Of a stretch of DNA of 64,000 bases, positions 18,643 to 31,400 are shown piece by piece (the stretch's first letter is position 1; each line of letters starts with the position of its first letter). Position numbers and translations under genes: made by a program. This stretch comes from an uncultured Actinomycetes bacterium (GTDB taxonomy: Bacteria > Actinomycetota > Thermoleophilia > RBG-16-64-13): the NCBI GenBank assembly GCA_963841735.1, contig CAWJDT010000001.1, positions 832,001 to 896,000 on the forward strand. The letters run 5' to 3'. The notes beneath the pieces were generated by a model that saw only the letters and a program-made list of their open reading frames with translations, was not told the origin of the DNA and ran no database searches.

Positions 18643-19344
18643 TCATCGCGCGTAGCCCTGCTCACCGATGAGGGGCACGAAAGTGCACCTGAGCATGCGG
18701 GTCTCACGGAAACGGGGTGTGGGCTCGGCGGAGACTTCATCTTCGACAAGGTCTGCGGCCAGCCGTTCGACGAGAAGTAGGTCCTCGGAGTCGCCGGCCC
18801 TTACTGGTATTACCATCCGACCACGCACTGCCAGTTGCGCGCGGAGTGCTTGGGGGACGCGCGGAGCGCCCGCCGTAACCATGATGCCGTCGTAGGGAGC
18901 GCCTTCAGGGAGGCCGAGAGTGCCGTCGCCTATGACAAACCTGACGTTGACATGGCCAAGGCGACGGACGAGAGCTTCGGCAGGTCGCCCGAGCTCGGGC
19001 AAGCGCTCGATGGTGACGACGTGCCCGGCTAGTTCGGCGAGCACGGCGGTCTGGTAGCCGGAGCCCGTACCTATCTCGAGCAGGCGAGATTCCGCGTTGG
19101 GGCGGAGGAGTTCGGTCATCAAGGCCACCATGTACGGCTGGGAGATGGTCTGCTCCATACCGATTGGGAGTGCTCCGTCATCATACGCGGCATAGCGGTT
19201 GGTCTCGGGTACGAAGAGATGACGGGGGACCTTCTCCATGGCTGCCAAGACCCGCAGGTCGTTTACGCCCCGCCCGCGCAACTGCTCTTCTGCCATGCGG
19301 TGCCGGAGGTGTTTGAATTCGGCGTCGGCCGGTTCTGCGCCCAT
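18643..19344 (-). CDS. pcm: Protein-L-isoaspartate O-methyltransferase
   Basis: VPRHLFV, QTISQPYMVA, LEIGTGSGY, APYDGIMVTA, FVPL. Confidence 0.95.
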   Translation of the reverse strand: MGAEPADAEFKHLRHRMAEEQLRGRGVNDLRVLAAMEKVPRHLFVPETNRYAAYDDGALPIGMEQTISQPYMVALMTELLRPNAESRLLEIGTGSGYQTAVLAELAGHVVTIERLPELGRPAEALVRRLGHVNVRFVIGDGTLGLPEGAPYDGIMVTAGAPRVPQALRAQLAVRGRMVIPVRAGDSEDLLLVERLAADLVEDEVSAEPTPRFRETRMLRCTFVPLIGEQGYAR

Positions 19345-19419
19345 AATCTTCCTATCAAGTCCCTGGTCGCCCGCCCCGGCTTGGTGCCCGGGCCGTGGTG
19401 GAGGCAGGCCTAGATCGAC

Positions 19420-20019
19420 CTAGCCTCTAAGGATACGCAGGCCCTTGTGTTTGCGCTTGCTTCTGAGGCGGATGCGGTAGAAGAGCAGCACGAGGAAGCA
19501 GGCGACCAGCGCGCCGATAAGAGGCACCAGGACAAAGAGCAAGGTGCCGATGAGCACGGCCACATCTTCGTAGATGCTGATAAGGACAAGGGCCGTATGG
19601 TTGGTGTTCATGCCGGCGCGGCTTGTACGGCGGACATGGTCGGCAAGCCCGGCGATGATCAGACCCAAGACGCCGGCGACCGTTATGGCTATCCAACCCT
19701 CGGCAGCCATGGCCGCGGCGAAGACCATACCTCCCAACACGATCCGGATGGGTCGCATTATGTGATCGCGCGTGGGAGAGACGACAAAGATCTTGTCCAG
19801 GGCCAGCTCGATGACGGCAAGGCTTAGGAGGAGCGCTATGACCCATGTCTTGTCGAGAAAGGCGAACGCTGTTCCATCAAAGACGGGTGCGCTGGCGAAC
19901 TCCAACCGCGAATAGAGGGCCAAGAAGCCGACTGGGAGAAAAGCGCGTACTCCGGTGAGAACGGCTAACCCTGCACCCATGCAAGCGCGGGCGTAGATGC
20001 TGTTGAAGATGACGTCCAA
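19420..20019 (-). CDS. DUF4126-like membrane protein
   Basis: GVRAFLP, ELALDKI, SIYED motifs; multiple TMs. Confidence 0.7.
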   Translation of the reverse strand: MDVIFNSIYARACMGAGLAVLTGVRAFLPVGFLALYSRLEFASAPVFDGTAFAFLDKTWVIALLLSLAVIELALDKIFVVSPTRDHIMRPIRIVLGGMVFAAAMAAEGWIAITVAGVLGLIIAGLADHVRRTSRAGMNTNHTALVLISIYEDVAVLIGTLLFVLVPLIGALVACFLVLLFYRIRLRSKRKHKGLRILRG

Positions 20020-20331
20020 GGTGTTGTGCTACCCGCGGCCCTGCTGCATGACGATGTCGACGAACTCCACGGGGCCTCGCTTCTGACAATGAAACTGGAC
20101 TGAAGGTCAGTATACACAAGGGCCGAGCCGTCGCTGGGACCCGCCTCGGGCGGGTAGCCCCGCAATCTGCGGGCGCGCGGCGCCTGGGCCATGGTGTGGC
20201 GGCTGCGACTCGCCGGGGCCGGGGCGGCGTTCGCGGGGGCCCGCGGACGGCGAGGATGCTAGAATCTCTGCGCCGGTCGCGGCGCCCGAAGCGGAAGCCC
20301 ACCCCCAGTGGGCCCCAGCATGGGGTGATGC

Positions 20332-20403
20332 GCCCCCGTAGCTCAGGGGATAGAGCAGAGGTTTCCTAAACCTTGTGCGGAGGTTCGAGTCCTCCCGGGG
20401 GCA
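20332..20403 (+). tRNA. tRNA-Arg (anticodon CCT), CCA not encoded
   Basis: GCCCCCG/CGGGGGC acceptor stem, D-arm GCTC..GAGC, anticodon arm GAGGT-TTCCTAA-ACCTT, T-loop GGTTCGAGTCC. Confidence 0.95.
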
Positions 20404-20533
20404 TTTGCTGGATCGCGCCCACATTCGCCCAAATCTAGGCCCGGGCTATGGACTACCGCCGGGTTCTGCACTACGCTTGCAGCTAGATATCTGAGCAAGC
20501 ACGCCACAGACACTTGGCCCCAGGAGGGTAACG

Positions 20534-22210
20534 ATGCTCTGTACAAATTGCGGTCAGGCGATCGAAGAAGGAGTGGCATTCTGCACGAACTGCGGTGCTC
20601 CTGCTCTACCGGCCCCGGCCACGCCGCCGTCTCCGCCGAGTTTCGCGCCACCTCCACCAAGTTTCGCGCCGCCCCCACCGGCCCCTCCGGCAATGGGCGG
20701 ATACGGCGTGGGTTGGCAACCTCCGCAGGCTCCGCCACCGGCGGGGCGCAACCGTACCGGCCTGATCATCGGTTCGGTGGTAGCGGGAGTGGTCGTCTTG
20801 GCGGGGTTGGGGGTCGGTCTGTACTTCGGCCTGCGGGGTGACGACTCCGACAACACCAGCTCCAGCAGGACCACCGTCACTTCGCACTCCACCAGCTCCT
20901 CCGGCTCCACCTCTACCACCGAGGCAGCCTTCGTTCAGAAAGAAGGGGAGATCTTCCTTGAGCCGGTAGGGATGGCCGGTCCGGACTCGTTCGGTGGCGA
21001 GACCTTCGTGCCAGCGGTCCCGATGCCCACGCCCAACATCTTCACTGCCGGCTCCCAGATTCCCGGGGCGACGACTACCGTGCTCGGCGGGGTATTGACC
21101 ACGGTGCTGGGCGGTCCTACCACCACTCTGGCTGTGACCACCAACACGACCGCCGGAGGAGGTGTGCAGGTTGCCTCCTACAGCGGGGACACCCCTGCAC
21201 TCTACGGCGGGTCGAAGGACAAACAACTTGTAGACAAAGAGGGCCAGCTCGCCTTCTTTGAGAAGAATCCCGAGAAGGCCGCCGCCTTCTGCGCCGCCCT
21301 CAATGCCGATCCCACCTTCAAGTGGAGCGGCGGCACCCAGATACAGCCCTCCCAGCTCCGCGACTACTTCGCCGAGCTCACTCCCATGATGCTCACCCGC
21401 GACACCCGGGTCACCAACCACGGTTTCCGCAACGGCAAGCCCACCCCGCGCCAGTCGGTGTTGCAGAAAGGGCAGATGGTGCTGGTAGACCAATACGGCG
21501 TGCCCCGGGTGCGCTGTGAATGCGGCAATCCGCTCGCTCCGCCCAAACCCGTGCAGAAGACCCCCACGTACACCGGCCCCAAATGGCCTGGCTTCGATCC
21601 GACCACCATCATCGTGGTTCAGCCGACCACGGTGATCATCAACATCTTCGTCGTCGTTGACGTCTACACCGGAGATCCCTTCGACCGACCGGCCGGCACC
21701 GAAGGTACTGAAGACGTGGCGCATGACACCACGGTATGGCAATTGGATGTCGCGATGGTTTGGGACGACGCAGAGCAGCAGCATCACTTCACAGTCAACT
21801 GGACTGGTGCGGTCACCCTCAACCCCGACGACGGGTCACTGAGCGGCGAGGGCGCCGGCCAATGGCACGTGGACGGCGCATGCTGGTATGGAGATACGGT
21901 GAACGGCCAGATGACAGGAGACGGCTCGTTCGGCGTGGAATTCAGCGGTCAACTCGATGACAGCGATCCGGGCCAGGTCCTCACCATATTCCCATTGATG
22001 ACCGACTTCTCGATAGACGGGTCAACCTGGGATCCACCCACCGGGTTGGAGGATGCGCGAGCCGACTTTGAAGCTTCCATAGAGTCGTTGATCGCGTCGT
22101 CGTTCAACACTAACCTTGTGTTTCCACCGATCAACGAGGGCCCCATGACTATTGATATCGCGAAGGATGACTGGACAGGCACCGCTACCTTCGCCCCTTA
22201 CGAGGAATAG
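20534..22210 (+). CDS. Zinc-ribbon, Pro-rich, single-TM protein with DUF6777 domain
   Basis: CTNCG twice; TM; PALYGGS, DTRVTNHGF, GVPRVRCECGNPL. Confidence 0.75.
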   Translation: MLCTNCGQAIEEGVAFCTNCGAPALPAPATPPSPPSFAPPPPSFAPPPPAPPAMGGYGVGWQPPQAPPPAGRNRTGLIIGSVVAGVVVLAGLGVGLYFGLRGDDSDNTSSSRTTVTSHSTSSSGSTSTTEAAFVQKEGEIFLEPVGMAGPDSFGGETFVPAVPMPTPNIFTAGSQIPGATTTVLGGVLTTVLGGPTTTLAVTTNTTAGGGVQVASYSGDTPALYGGSKDKQLVDKEGQLAFFEKNPEKAAAFCAALNADPTFKWSGGTQIQPSQLRDYFAELTPMMLTRDTRVTNHGFRNGKPTPRQSVLQKGQMVLVDQYGVPRVRCECGNPLAPPKPVQKTPTYTGPKWPGFDPTTIIVVQPTTVIINIFVVVDVYTGDPFDRPAGTEGTEDVAHDTTVWQLDVAMVWDDAEQQHHFTVNWTGAVTLNPDDGSLSGEGAGQWHVDGACWYGDTVNGQMTGDGSFGVEFSGQLDDSDPGQVLTIFPLMTDFSIDGSTWDPPTGLEDARADFEASIESLIASSFNTNLVFPPINEGPMTIDIAKDDWTGTATFAPYEE

Positions 22211-22336
22211 CAGGACGACCACAAGACAGGGCCATCGGCCGGCCGCGCATCAGGTCCGCGCTCCGGCCGGTGGTCTGCTTCGGGGGGTATAGTGCACAAG
22301 AAGTGCACGAGCTTCAGCAACGGAGGTGGCTAGAAC

Positions 22337-25300
22337 ATGAGTGATCGTAGAGAGGTCTGCGACCACTCGACCGGCGTGGAGGGTTCTCGCCAGTCTTCAA
22401 TCGAGCCCCGCCCCATGCTTCCTACTGCGCTCGCCTTCTTGCTCGCACTTTTGGCATTTGGGCTCCTAGGGGGCTCACCCGCAAACGCGTTCACGAGCGG
22501 TGCCCCCATCATGTCGGCCTCAGAGGAAGCCTACCCGCCGTTCTGCGTCGTTGGCGCGGACGGCCAGGCCGACGGTTTCTCGGTGGAGCTCATGCGAGCG
22601 GCACTCTCCGCCATGGGGCGCGAGGTGAACTTCCGCACAGGCGTCTGGGGCGAGGTCCGGGGTTGGTTGGAGTCTGGTGAGGTGCAAGCTTTGCCTCTCG
22701 TGGGGCGGACGCCCGAACGCGAGGCCGCCTATGACTTCACTTTTCCCTACATTGCCCTCTATGGCGCCATCGTCGTCCGGGACGACAACACCGATATCCA
22801 AGACATGGCGAGCCTGCGCGGGCGCGACGTTGCCGTCATGCTGGAGGACAACGCCGAGGAGTACCTGCGAAGGGAGGACCGCGGCATTGATATCCAAACG
22901 ACGGCAACCTTTGAAGAAGCTCTCCAAGGCCTGTCCGAAGGCCGGTACGATGCCGTGGTCATCCAACATCTCGTTGCCGTGCGTTTGATACAGGATCTTG
23001 AGATCGCCAACCTTCGGGTGATCCCGGATCCGATAGCAGACTATCGTCAGGACTTCTGCTTCGCCGTCAACGAGGGCGACAAGGATACGCTTGCGCTTCT
23101 AAATGAAGGGCTTGCCCTGGTCATGGCAGACGGGACCTACCAACGACTGTACGGCAAATGGTTCGCCGCTCTCGAGTTGCCCACCGATCGCCGCATCGTT
23201 GTTGGTGGAGACAGCGACTACCCGCCCTACGAGTACCTCGATGAGAACGGACGTCCGGCCGGCTACAACGTCGAGCTCACGCGTGCCATCGCCGAGGCGG
23301 TCGGCTTGGATGTCGAGATCCGTCTGGGGCCATGGGCTGGGGTCCGAAAGGCCCTGGAGCAGGGGGAGAGCGATGTATTGCAGGGGATGTTCTATTCGCC
23401 TGAGCGCGACCTGACCTTCGACTTCAGCCAGCCACATGCGGTGGCTCACGGGGTGGCCATTGTTCGAAAGGGCGACGGCGATCCGCCGGCCGATCTCGAC
23501 GATCTGAGGGGCAAGCGTATCGTCGTGCAGCAGGGGGACATCATGCACGACTTCGCGGTGGACAACGGCCTGTCGGTCACCGCGGTTGAATCCCCGGAGC
23601 AGGCGCTTAGGGAGTTGGCGGATGGTAGCTACGATTGTGCTCTCATGTCCCGGGTGGTCGCCCTCTACACCATCGAGCAGGAGGGGAGAAAGAATCTAGT
23701 CGTAGGCAAGAATTCGCTTCTCTCCTCTGAGTACTGCTATGCAGTCGCGAACGGTCAGGCGGCGCTCTTGGCGGAGTTCGCCGAAGGACTAAAGACTCTT
23801 CAAGACAATGGTGAATATCGTCGCATCTATGAGAAGTGGATGGGCGTCTACGAAGAGTCGTCCCCTGGGCCCCTCGCTATCCTTCGCTACGTTGCCTACG
23901 GCGTCGGCCCCCTGCTCGTTCTGCTTCTGGCGGCTCTGTTCTGGACTCGCTCCCTGCGAAGACAGGTGGCCAGGCGAACTGAGGCCCTGCGCAGCAGCGA
24001 GGAACAATATCGGCTGTTGGCGGACAACGCCGGTGATGTGATTTGGATGATGGACCCCGAAGGTCATCTCACCTATGTCAGTCCCTCCGTCGAGAAGCTG
24101 CGCGGTTACACTGCCGCCGAGGTGATGCAGCAGTCGTTTGAGGAGTTGCTCACTCAGGAATCAGCGGCTATTGCGCTGCCCCGCCTTGCGGAGGCGACTG
24201 AAGCCGCGCGGTCAGGGGGACCAAACGCAGAATTCCGCAGTGAGCTGGAGCAGCCCCGCAAGGACGGCTCGACAGTATGGACTGAGATGAGGATCTCGGA
24301 ACTGCGCAACTCCGCCGGCGAATGGGTCGGCTTTCTTGGCGTGGCTCGCGACATCACTGAGCGCAGGCAGGCCGAAGAGTGGATGCGAGAGCTTGCCTTG
24401 CGCCAGCAGGCTATCTTGGCTGCCGTCCCGGACATCCTCATGGAAGTCGATAACCACAAGGTATATACGTGGGCCAACCATGCGGGGCTCGAGTTCTTCG
24501 GCGAGGATGTCATTGGCAAGGAGGCTTCGTTCTATTTCGAGGCCGAGCAGGACACCTACGGCGTGGTTGCTCCCCTTTTCGCCGGCCGCGAGGCTGTGAC
24601 ATATGTCGAAAGCTGGCAGCATCGCAAGGACGGAGAGACGCGCCTGCTCGCCTGGCTATGCCAGAGTCTTCGCGACGAAGCGGGAAACGTTGTCGGAGCG
24701 CTTTCGTCTGCGCTTGACATCACCGAGCGCAAGCAGATGGAGGAATCTCTCCGCCGCACGCAGTTCGCGGTGGATCACTCATCGGACTTCGTCCACTGGC
24801 TAAGCCCTGAGGGTCGGTTTCTCTACGTCAATGACTACAGCTGCCGCCGGTTGGGCTACTCGCGCGAAGAACTACTGGGCCTGAGCGTCTACGAGATCGA
24901 CCCCAATGCGCCCCGGCCGTGGTCGGACCATTTCCAGGAGATCAGGGAGCGGGGTACTTATGCCTTTGAGTCGTCGTACCGGACCAAGCACGGAGAGATG
25001 ATCCCGGTGGAAGTGACGGTGAACTACGTCAAGTACGGAGACCAAGAGTACAACTGTGCCACTTCTCGTGACATCACCGAGCGCAAGCAGGCGGAAGAGG
25101 CTCTGAGGGACAGCGAAGAGCAACTGCGTCAATCCCAGAAGATGGAAGCTGTAGGCCAGCTGGCCGGCGGTATCGCCCACGATTTCAACAATCTCTTGAC
25201 GGCCATCCTTGGCTACTGCGAGCTGCTGCTCGCGAGTGAGGAGCTCCCAGGCTCGGCGCGAACAGACCTGCAGGAGATCAAGCAGGCCGCCGAGCGGGCC

Positions 25301-26281
25301 GGCGCTCTCACCAAGCAGATACTGGCTTTCTCTCGTCGCCAGGCCCTCAGGCCGGACGTCGTTTCGCTAAACGAGGTTCTCAGCGGAGTGGAGTCGCTGT
25401 TGCGCCGCACCCTGGGGGAGAACATCGATCTTGTCAGTCTCCCTCACCCTGCCCTGGGACATGCAGAGATAGACGTGCATCAATTTGAACAGGTGCTCAT
25501 GAATCTGGCCTTGAATGCCCGGGATGCCATGCCCGCGGGGGGCAGGCTTACCCTGGAGACTGCGAACGTGGAGCTGGATAGGGAGTTCGGCCGGACCCAT
25601 CCAGAGGCGACACCCGGCAGGTATGTGATGCTGGCCGTGTCCGATACCGGGATCGGTATGGACGAGGCCACGCTGAGCCACGTCTTTGAGCCCTTCTTCA
25701 CCACCAAGGCTCCGGGGGAGGGCACGGGCCTCGGGCTGGCAACGGCATACGGCATCGTCAAGCAGAGCCGGGGATACATCTTCGTTCGTAGCGAGCCCGG
25801 CCGGGGTACCACCTTCAGGATATACCTCCCCCTAGTGGCGCTACGAGAGACCGCCGAGCCGGTCGTTCTTCCGGGGCACATGCCCAGCTCGGGGAGCGAG
25901 AAGATAATGGTGGTAGAGGACGAGTCTGCTCTGCGAAGCCTGATCGAGCGCGTGCTCACGGGCGTGGGCTACGAAGTGATATGTTTCGGATCCGCGGATG
26001 AGGCCCTGATCGTTTTGGAGCAAGGCCGGATCGAGGTGGACCTGCTTCTCACCGATGTGGTCCTGCCCGGGGTGCTGCAGGGCAAAGACCTGGTGGACAT
26101 GGTGCAGGTCTCCAGGCCCGAACTGCTGGTGCTCTACATGTCCGGCTATACCCGCGATGCAATCGTCCATAGCGGACGGCTGGACGAGGGAGTCAACTTT
26201 CTAGAGAAGCCCTTCACCCCCGAGGCGTTGGCGAGGATGGTGAGAGAGGTATTGGACCGGCGCGGCGCCTCCGCTCTGTGA
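22337..26281 (+). CDS. Hybrid sensor kinase: 2x SBP_bac_3, TM, 3x PAS, HisKA, HATPase, REC
   Basis: YPPFC/YPPYE binding domains, RDITER PAS ends, [23 protein letters not shown]. Confidence 0.92.
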   Translation: MSDRREVCDHSTGVEGSRQSSIEPRPMLPTALAFLLALLAFGLLGGSPANAFTSGAPIMSASEEAYPPFCVVGADGQADGFSVELMRAALSAMGREVNFRTGVWGEVRGWLESGEVQALPLVGRTPEREAAYDFTFPYIALYGAIVVRDDNTDIQDMASLRGRDVAVMLEDNAEEYLRREDRGIDIQTTATFEEALQGLSEGRYDAVVIQHLVAVRLIQDLEIANLRVIPDPIADYRQDFCFAVNEGDKDTLALLNEGLALVMADGTYQRLYGKWFAALELPTDRRIVVGGDSDYPPYEYLDENGRPAGYNVELTRAIAEAVGLDVEIRLGPWAGVRKALEQGESDVLQGMFYSPERDLTFDFSQPHAVAHGVAIVRKGDGDPPADLDDLRGKRIVVQQGDIMHDFAVDNGLSVTAVESPEQALRELADGSYDCALMSRVVALYTIEQEGRKNLVVGKNSLLSSEYCYAVANGQAALLAEFAEGLKTLQDNGEYRRIYEKWMGVYEESSPGPLAILRYVAYGVGPLLVLLLAALFWTRSLRRQVARRTEALRSSEEQYRLLADNAGDVIWMMDPEGHLTYVSPSVEKLRGYTAAEVMQQSFEELLTQESAAIALPRLAEATEAARSGGPNAEFRSELEQPRKDGSTVWTEMRISELRNSAGEWVGFLGVARDITERRQAEEWMRELALRQQAILAAVPDILMEVDNHKVYTWANHAGLEFFGEDVIGKEASFYFEAEQDTYGVVAPLFAGREAVTYVESWQHRKDGETRLLAWLCQSLRDEAGNVVGALSSALDITERKQMEESLRRTQFAVDHSSDFVHWLSPEGRFLYVNDYSCRRLGYSREELLGLSVYEIDPNAPRPWSDHFQEIRERGTYAFESSYRTKHGEMIPVEVTVNYVKYGDQEYNCATSRDITERKQAEEALRDSEEQLRQSQKMEAVGQLAGGIAHDFNNLLTAILGYCELLLASEELPGSARTDLQEIKQAAERAGALTKQILAFSRRQALRPDVVSLNEVLSGVESLLRRTLGENIDLVSLPHPALGHAEIDVHQFEQVLMNLALNARDAMPAGGRLTLETANVELDREFGRTHPEATPGRYVMLAVSDTGIGMDEATLSHVFEPFFTTKAPGEGTGLGLATAYGIVKQSRGYIFVRSEPGRGTTFRIYLPLVALRETAEPVVLPGHMPSSGSEKIMVVEDESALRSLIERVLTGVGYEVICFGSADEALIVLEQGRIEVDLLLTDVVLPGVLQGKDLVDMVQVSRPELLVLYMSGYTRDAIVHSGRLDEGVNFLEKPFTPEALARMVREVLDRRGASAL

Positions 26282-26931
26282 GACCAGATGCCCTGATATT
26301 CGATCTCGACGGGACCCTTTGGGACGCCGCGGTGCCCTCCGCTGAGGGCTGGAACCTTGCCCTGGAAGAGATCGGGGTTGAGCAGCGAGTGGATGGGGCC
26401 GACATTCGCTCGGTTTCGGGCACTCCTTTCGAGCAATGTGTGCGGACGCTTCTGCCGGGTATGAGTCCCCCGTCGGAGGCCATGGTTGAGGCCCTCGATG
26501 CGGGCGAGCGCAAGATGATCGAGGCGGTCGGCGGGACACTCTATCCCGCTGTGGCCGAGGGGCTGCGCCGCCTGTCCGAGGTCTACCGACTCTTCGTGGT
26601 GAGCAACTGCCCCGACTGGTATCTGGAGTGTTTTCTGCAGATGACGGGGCTGCGCGGGTGCTTCACTGGTTGGGATTGTCACGGCTCGTCGGGCCTGCCC
26701 AAGCCGGAGATGATGCGGGGTCTGTGCCAGAAGCACGGGTTGCTGCACGCGGTCTACGTGGGCGACACTCACGGCGACCGGCAGGCCACTGAAGCCGCCG
26801 GCTTGGAGTTCGTCTTTGCCCGCTACGGCTTCGGCCATACTGAGGCCCCGACCCTGGTGTTTGACGACTTTGAGGAGCTGGTGGAGCATTTCTTGGCAGG
26901 CAACGGCATCACCGTGGTGAAGCGGGACTGA
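26278..26931 (+). CDS. HAD-superfamily hydrolase
   Basis: FDLDGTLWD motif I, VVSN, K, YVGD; GTGA overlap with the kinase. Confidence 0.9.
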   Translation: MRPDALIFDLDGTLWDAAVPSAEGWNLALEEIGVEQRVDGADIRSVSGTPFEQCVRTLLPGMSPPSEAMVEALDAGERKMIEAVGGTLYPAVAEGLRRLSEVYRLFVVSNCPDWYLECFLQMTGLRGCFTGWDCHGSSGLPKPEMMRGLCQKHGLLHAVYVGDTHGDRQATEAAGLEFVFARYGFGHTEAPTLVFDDFEELVEHFLAGNGITVVKRD

Positions 26932-27000
26932 GGCTGCTTTACGTGCGGACAACTCGGCGCTAGACTGGATTACAGGGTCCGTTCTTGCGCGGCGGGCCAT

Positions 27001-27567
27001 GTGTGTCCACCGGCTCGTATTAGTGGGGTACGGGCGATAGGAAAGGGGACTGTCGTGGGATCTGGGTTTGCCAATCGCATCACTACTCTGATCTGCTGCG
27101 TGCTTGCTCTGGTCGTTTTGGGGTTGTCGACGGGAACGAGCACAAGCGTGGGCGCGCCTGCGCCCTCCATACCCGCCGTGCAACAGACGATTCCGGGCCT
27201 TGACCCGGGGGTGATAGCTACAGCGTTCATCACGACCACTACTGCGCCGACCCCTACCACCGTAGCGCCCACTACGACCACGCACGCGGCCCCTGTAACG
27301 ACCACCACCGCGGCTCCCGCGACTACTACCTCCGCCGCTCCCACTACCACCGAGGCGCCTACTACCACCGAGGCGCCGACCACCACCGAGATGGTGTCTA
27401 CCACGATCGATGACGCGGCAGCCGGCGGCGGGCTCGGGGGCGGATGGACGGCGTTCATCGTGGTAATGGCCGTCCTCGCCTTGGGTGGCTTGGGTACGAT
27501 GTTCTACCTGCTTGGCAGGCGGGGCAAGGGTGGCGGTTCCCCGGGATCGCAGAGCAACGCCGCGTAG
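27001..27567 (+). CDS. Small Thr/Pro-rich surface protein with C-terminal TM anchor
   Basis: Hydrophobic N-region, (A)PTTT(E) repeats, C-terminal TM then RRGK; start uncertain. Confidence 0.6.
   Translation: MCPPARISGVRAIGKGTVVGSGFANRITTLICCVLALVVLGLSTGTSTSVGAPAPSIPAVQQTIPGLDPGVIATAFITTTTAPTPTTVAPTTTTHAAPVTTTTAAPATTTSAAPTTTEAPTTTEAPTTTEMVSTTIDDAAAGGGLGGGWTAFIVVMAVLALGGLGTMFYLLGRRGKGGGSPGSQSNAA
27337..27390 (+). repeat. Three 18-bp coding tandem repeats (APTTTE)
   Basis: gctcccactaccaccgag / gcgcctactaccaccgag / gcgccgaccaccaccgag. Confidence 0.75.
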
Positions 27568-27648
27568 ACAATCTGCGCCCAGGGCGGGAAACCCGTCTAG
27601 CAAAGACGGCTCCTCACAGGCGCGGCAGGGTTGAGCAGGCGCAGGAGT

Positions 27649-30573
<2,925 letters not shown>

Positions 30574-30697
30574 CAGCCGCTCCAGACATCTCGCCGGTCA
30601 TTTGTGGGCTTCCCGGTACTCTGAGTTCTCAACACCATATTGTCAGGGCTTTCAAGACCTCTTGTACCGCGGGTAGCGCTGGGGGTAACATAGCGCC

Positions 30698-30708
30698 GAA
30701 CAGTGTTC
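30698..30708. promoter_or_regulatory. Candidate TetR operator palindrome
   Basis: GAACA-G-TGTTC just downstream of -10-like TAACAT and upstream of tetR. Confidence 0.45.
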
Positions 30709-30765
30709 ATCAAGTTGTGCAGCGTTCCACCGCATGACGCATGTTCGCCGACCAGGGAGACTGTC

Positions 30766-31395
30766 TTGGAAGTTGACCTCTGTCTATCGCGCCGGGACCG
30801 TCGGCGCAAGGACACAAGGGAAGAGATACTAACGGCAGCACGCGAGCTGATGCTTGAAGTCGGACCCGAAGCACTCAGTCTTCGTCAAGTGGCCAGACGA
30901 GCGGATTTCAGCCCCGCGGCGCTCTACACCTACTTCTCCAGCCGGGACGAGTTGGTGGCCTCGCTCTTTGCCGAGTCGTTCGCCCGGCTGGACGACTACC
31001 TAGGGCGTGTACCCACCGATCTGCCCTGGGAGAAGCGGGTGGTGGAGCTGGGGATGGCCTACATGGACTTCGGCCGGAACAACCCCATGGACCTGCGCTG
31101 CATCCTTGCAGCCACCTCGTTGGAGGGACCCTACTTGGCGAACGTGACGGCCATGGGCCTGGGAGCGATACGGCTGATCGGGGAGACGTTCAGGGAAGGC
31201 ATGGAGAAGGGGCTCTTCTCGACAGTGCAGGGTCTCACCGCGCCCGAACTGGCTTTTGGCACATGGGCTCTTGTTCACGGGATGGTCTCAGTGGCCGGCA
31301 CAGACCTGAGCGGCGTGGCAAACGATGTCTCGGCTGATCCCCGCCGGGTGCTCGAAGCATTTGTGGCCACGCTCACTTCTTCTGGGACGGAGTAG
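30766..31395 (+). CDS. TetR/AcrR-family regulator (WHG-type C-terminus)
   Basis: LSLRQVARRADFSPAALYTYF HTH; WALVHG; start placed at TTG 30766 after AGGGAG. Confidence 0.88.
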   Translation: MEVDLCLSRRDRRRKDTREEILTAARELMLEVGPEALSLRQVARRADFSPAALYTYFSSRDELVASLFAESFARLDDYLGRVPTDLPWEKRVVELGMAYMDFGRNNPMDLRCILAATSLEGPYLANVTAMGLGAIRLIGETFREGMEKGLFSTVQGLTAPELAFGTWALVHGMVSVAGTDLSGVANDVSADPRRVLEAFVATLTSSGTE

Positions 31396-31400
31396 GGAAA

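Noticed and set aside
20120-20260. ncRNA upstream of the tRNA
   Set aside because: Two short GC hairpins only; no match to an RNA family I recognise
27230-27400. Possible CRISPR-like repeats
   Set aside because: In-frame 18-bp coding repeats with no spacers and no cas genes
26146-27603. 485-aa minus-strand ORF and similar long antisense ORFs (20606-21787, 28435-29646, 31413-32732)
   Set aside because: They overlap well-supported genes on the opposite strand and have shadow-like composition
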